Origin: Callorhinchus milii | Lineage: Eukaryota | DNA length: 64,000 bases | Direction of reading: 5' to 3' | Assembly (NCBI RefSeq): GCF_018977255.1 | Contig: NW_024704743.1 | Coordinates: 68,636,001-68,700,000 of the forward strand | Shown: in pieces, positions 61,015 to 64,000 of the stretch | Numbering within the stretch: the first letter of the stretch is position 1 | Layout: each line of letters opens with the position of its first letter | The notes under the pieces: model-generated | Told to the model about the DNA's origin: nothing | What the model saw: only the letters and a program-made list of their open reading frames with translations | The model's database searches: none | Position numbers and translations under genes: made by a program

Positions 61015-61625
61015 ATTGTGGTGGAGGGGAGGCGGTGAGGTAACCAGGGTCTCCGTGGAGCTGAACAGGCTCCAGGGTGACATGCCTGGCAGTGGAATGT
61101 CAGAATCGAGCTAGGCCTCTGTGGCGGTCTCGGTAGACTAGTTCATGAGCCAGACAGGTCCGCAGTATTGCAGGGCACGGCTGATGACAGCACAGCCAGT
61201 CTGGCTCATCGGCAGGATCTGGAAGAGCAGATCAGTCACTGGGGTCAGGGAGTCATCAAACCCAGCTCCTGTTAGCCCTGTGAGCTAAAGCCCTAACAGG
61301 TAGGGTGGTCCTGGCTGGACAAGCAGGTGGAAATCTTGTGAGACAGTAATACCAATGGCAAGCTATGTGGTTGTAGCTGGTTAGACTCCAGCAGTACCCA
61401 ACGCATTTTCTGGGGTCCCCAAGCCTTGGCTCTTGCCAACCTGCACCTAATACTTTATGGAATTAGGTAAGCAGGATGCGCTCCTCCAGGGAGAGAGTGT
61501 GCATTGCATTCCAACAATCTATCTCTGGGATCTTCATGTGTAGGTGGGATACATGGAAATCTCAGTTTGGTTTGGATACTCTTCAGAATGGTGATGGGTT
61601 TCTGCATGTATCAGACGCCCGACTG
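61015..61625 (-). repeat. Longest family-C copy. Others at about 10870, 15840..16140, 18960..19220, 27515..27760(-), 40428, 45725..45850(-) and 63280..63690(-)
   Basis: Reverse complement of 6895..7335 and 13815..15200. Confidence 0.75.
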
Positions 61626-61901
61626 ACGCCCCCTCACCCCCAAAGATTGCATCTGTAAGGAACCAGTAGTTCACAAAGTTCTGCTGATCACAAGCGTGAA
61701 GAAAGCACTTCTATGTGGTTTACAGAATCTAATAGCCTGTGATTTTCCCAGCACAGGGAAGATATGGAAGTATTTGTTTTATTATTTTAAATGGGTTTCA
61801 AGCAGAATAAGCCTTTCATGATGTTCCTCTGCACAATAGGAATTCACATTTTGTAAATAATATTTATGAATGCTGCATTGATATTGTAGGGCTGTAACTG
61901 A

Positions 61902-62250
61902 TAATAATAATAATAATCCTTGCATTTGACATAGCACTTTTCACGTCTTCTAGGCATCTCAAAGCGCTTCACAAAATAGACTGTAAAGTGAATTAACTGT
62001 ATATTTGTGGGCAAAACGCAGCAGCCAATAGCGCACAACAGTGTCCCACAAACAGTCCTGGATTGAGTGACCAATTTTTTTAAAAAAGAAATTATTACCT
62101 CCCAGTTGTTAGTCCGCTAATCGACTAACAACCAGATTTCTACTTACTGCTAGGTAAACAGAGGCATGTGGAGTAAGGAAACTTGCCCAATGTTTCGCCC
62201 TGCCAGGAATCAAATCTAGGCCTCTCACTTGCGAGTCGAGTGCTCTAATG
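61902..62250 (-). mobile_element. Same tRNA-SINE family, nearly full length. Further 3'-only copies at about 4640, 11050, 18265, 24785, 26007, 29450, 39165, 56005 and 60635
   Basis: Shared body GCAGCCAATTGCGCACAGCAGTGTCCCACAAACAG and shared tail. Confidence 0.8.
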
Positions 62251-62768
62251 TGGACATCATATTGTGGAAAGTATCTGTGGTATCCTACAATGCAAATGCT
62301 TCTAGTCTCCCTCTGGAATACAATCTAACTTGTGGACTGTGTAGGTCAAATTACATTGACATTGAAGTTACGGACACAATTTATCCTAAAGTGAGCACCT
62401 TGATGTACATGATCTTAGCTACCTAAACCACTGGAAAACTGTAGTGTACTGTGACCTCAATATTTACTCAGTTAAAATCTGTACAGATTACAAAGGTATC
62501 AAATTGATCTAGCTTTGAATAATTAATAGGGATCAGTCATCAGATCTAACATCTTTCCTTCAATCTTCAGAATGAAATGATTGTTGTGTAATTAGCTTGA
62601 AATGGCAGCAACTCATTTCAACGTCTCCTGTCATTTAACAGCTCCAGAATGTTAATAAAAACTCTGACCAGTCAATGACTATCCTGGGGGAGCGAGGGGG
62701 AATATTTGGAATGTTCTTGTAGCGGAACTGGCTCCAAGATGACATGTCTGGCAACGGGTTGCCCAATT

Positions 62769-63260
62769 CAACAACAACAACAACTTGGATTTATACAGCC
62801 GGATGGCGTCTCAGAACGCTTTACAGTTTAGGATCCCGGGACCGAGCCAGGGGGAGGGGGAGGAAGGTGACCAAAGGCGCGGTCGAAAAGAAAGGTCTTC
62901 AGCAGAGTCCCGAAAATGGGAAGGGAGAGAGAGAGGTGAAGGGAGTGAGGAAGGCAGTTCCAGAGCCTCGGGGCATTGTGGCTGAAGGTACGGCCGCCGA
63001 GGGTGGAGCGGAGACCTCGGGGGACAAGCAGGAGGCCAGACCCGGAGGAACAAAGGCAACGGGTACTGTTTTGAGGAGAGAGGAGGTCAGAGAGGTAGGG
63101 GGTGCGGAGGAGTGCAGGGACTTGAATACGAGGGTGAGGATCTTGAAATCTTGAAATCGGTCCTCTCTGGGATAGGCAGCCAGTGCAGTCTGGCAAGGAC
63201 TGGGGTGATCGGGGAGCGGAGTTTAGTACGGGTGAGAATGTGGGCGGCAGAGTTCTGAAT
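62769..63260 (-). mobile_element. L2-clade LINE 3' fragment
   Basis: PYLSDLL...LGGRTFSHNAPRLWN...LKTFLFDRAF on the minus strand; (CAA)n tail. Confidence 0.8.
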
Positions 63261-64000
63261 TCGGGGGCCTTGTGGATCTACAGTACCCCCAGATCACTGC
63301 TGATGACAGATCAGTCAGCCTGGGTCTTCAGCAAGACAAAGAGGGGCAGACTAGTCACGAGGAGTAAAGATTTCCACTCAGTTACAGTTGACTCTGCACA
63401 GCAAAGCCCTATCTGTTAGAGCGATCTTACTTGGACAAGCAGCGGGAAGATTGCCAGACATTGCAAGCAATGTCATTTTGCTACGTAAACTCCAGCAAAA
63501 TCCTATTGCACACTCTGGGGATCCCAAGGTTTGGCTCCTGCCAACATGTGCCTAATACTTTCTGGATTTAGGTAAGCAGGGTGCATCCCTCTGTGGAGAG
63601 AATGCACATTCTATCCAGACATAGACAAATGTTCATGTGAAAGTAAATAAATATGTGGAACTCTGTCTGGTTTGGATAATCTTTAAGCATTTAAACCTGC
63701 ATTTATATAGTGCCCTTCACATGGGGTGGCGGTGAAAATTTAAAATATGCTGAACTAACAAAATCATTTAGGATTCAACAAGTTTATAAAATAAATTTAT
63801 TTGTTTTGATTATGCAATAATTTTGAGAAAAATATTTGTAGTATGTGCCTTTGGCAACATTTACCCTGTAAACCGCAGTAATACAGCAAATGCAAACTAT
63901 TTTAATGAACAAAATAAATTCCCCCACTACAGCTATTCATGCTTGGCTATAATAACAATAAAACAACAACAAAATTACAGTTATAGAGCGCCTTTCACAT

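Noticed and set aside
57488..64000. Search for EGFR exons 27-28
   Set aside because: No segment resembling QRYSSDPT or later tail motifs was seen; they presumably lie beyond the window.

Overview
Vertebrate genomic DNA, most likely from a cartilaginous fish (holocephalan/shark-like SINE, L2, CR1 and Penelope repeats). The whole window lies inside one + strand gene, EGFR (ErbB1). I read 25 consecutive coding exons, equivalent to human exons 2-26 (9959..57487, 3053 coding nt). All have GT-AG boundaries and consistent phases, and 21 have exactly the human exon length. Exon 1 lies upstream and exons 27-28 downstream of the window. The introns are filled with retroelement debris, a probable solo LTR carrying a 39-bp minisatellite, and an unclassified ~600-bp repeat ('family C'). 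The most unusual observation is two degenerate copies of EGFR's own exons: a 74-nt exon-10 copy in intron 9 with both splice sites, and a 102-bp acceptor-plus-exon-11 copy in intron 12. Each lies ~1 kb from its source exon and each is embedded in a family-C repeat. They are candidate poison, mutually exclusive or soluble-receptor exons. All comparisons to human proteins and to known repeat families are from memory, not from a search.
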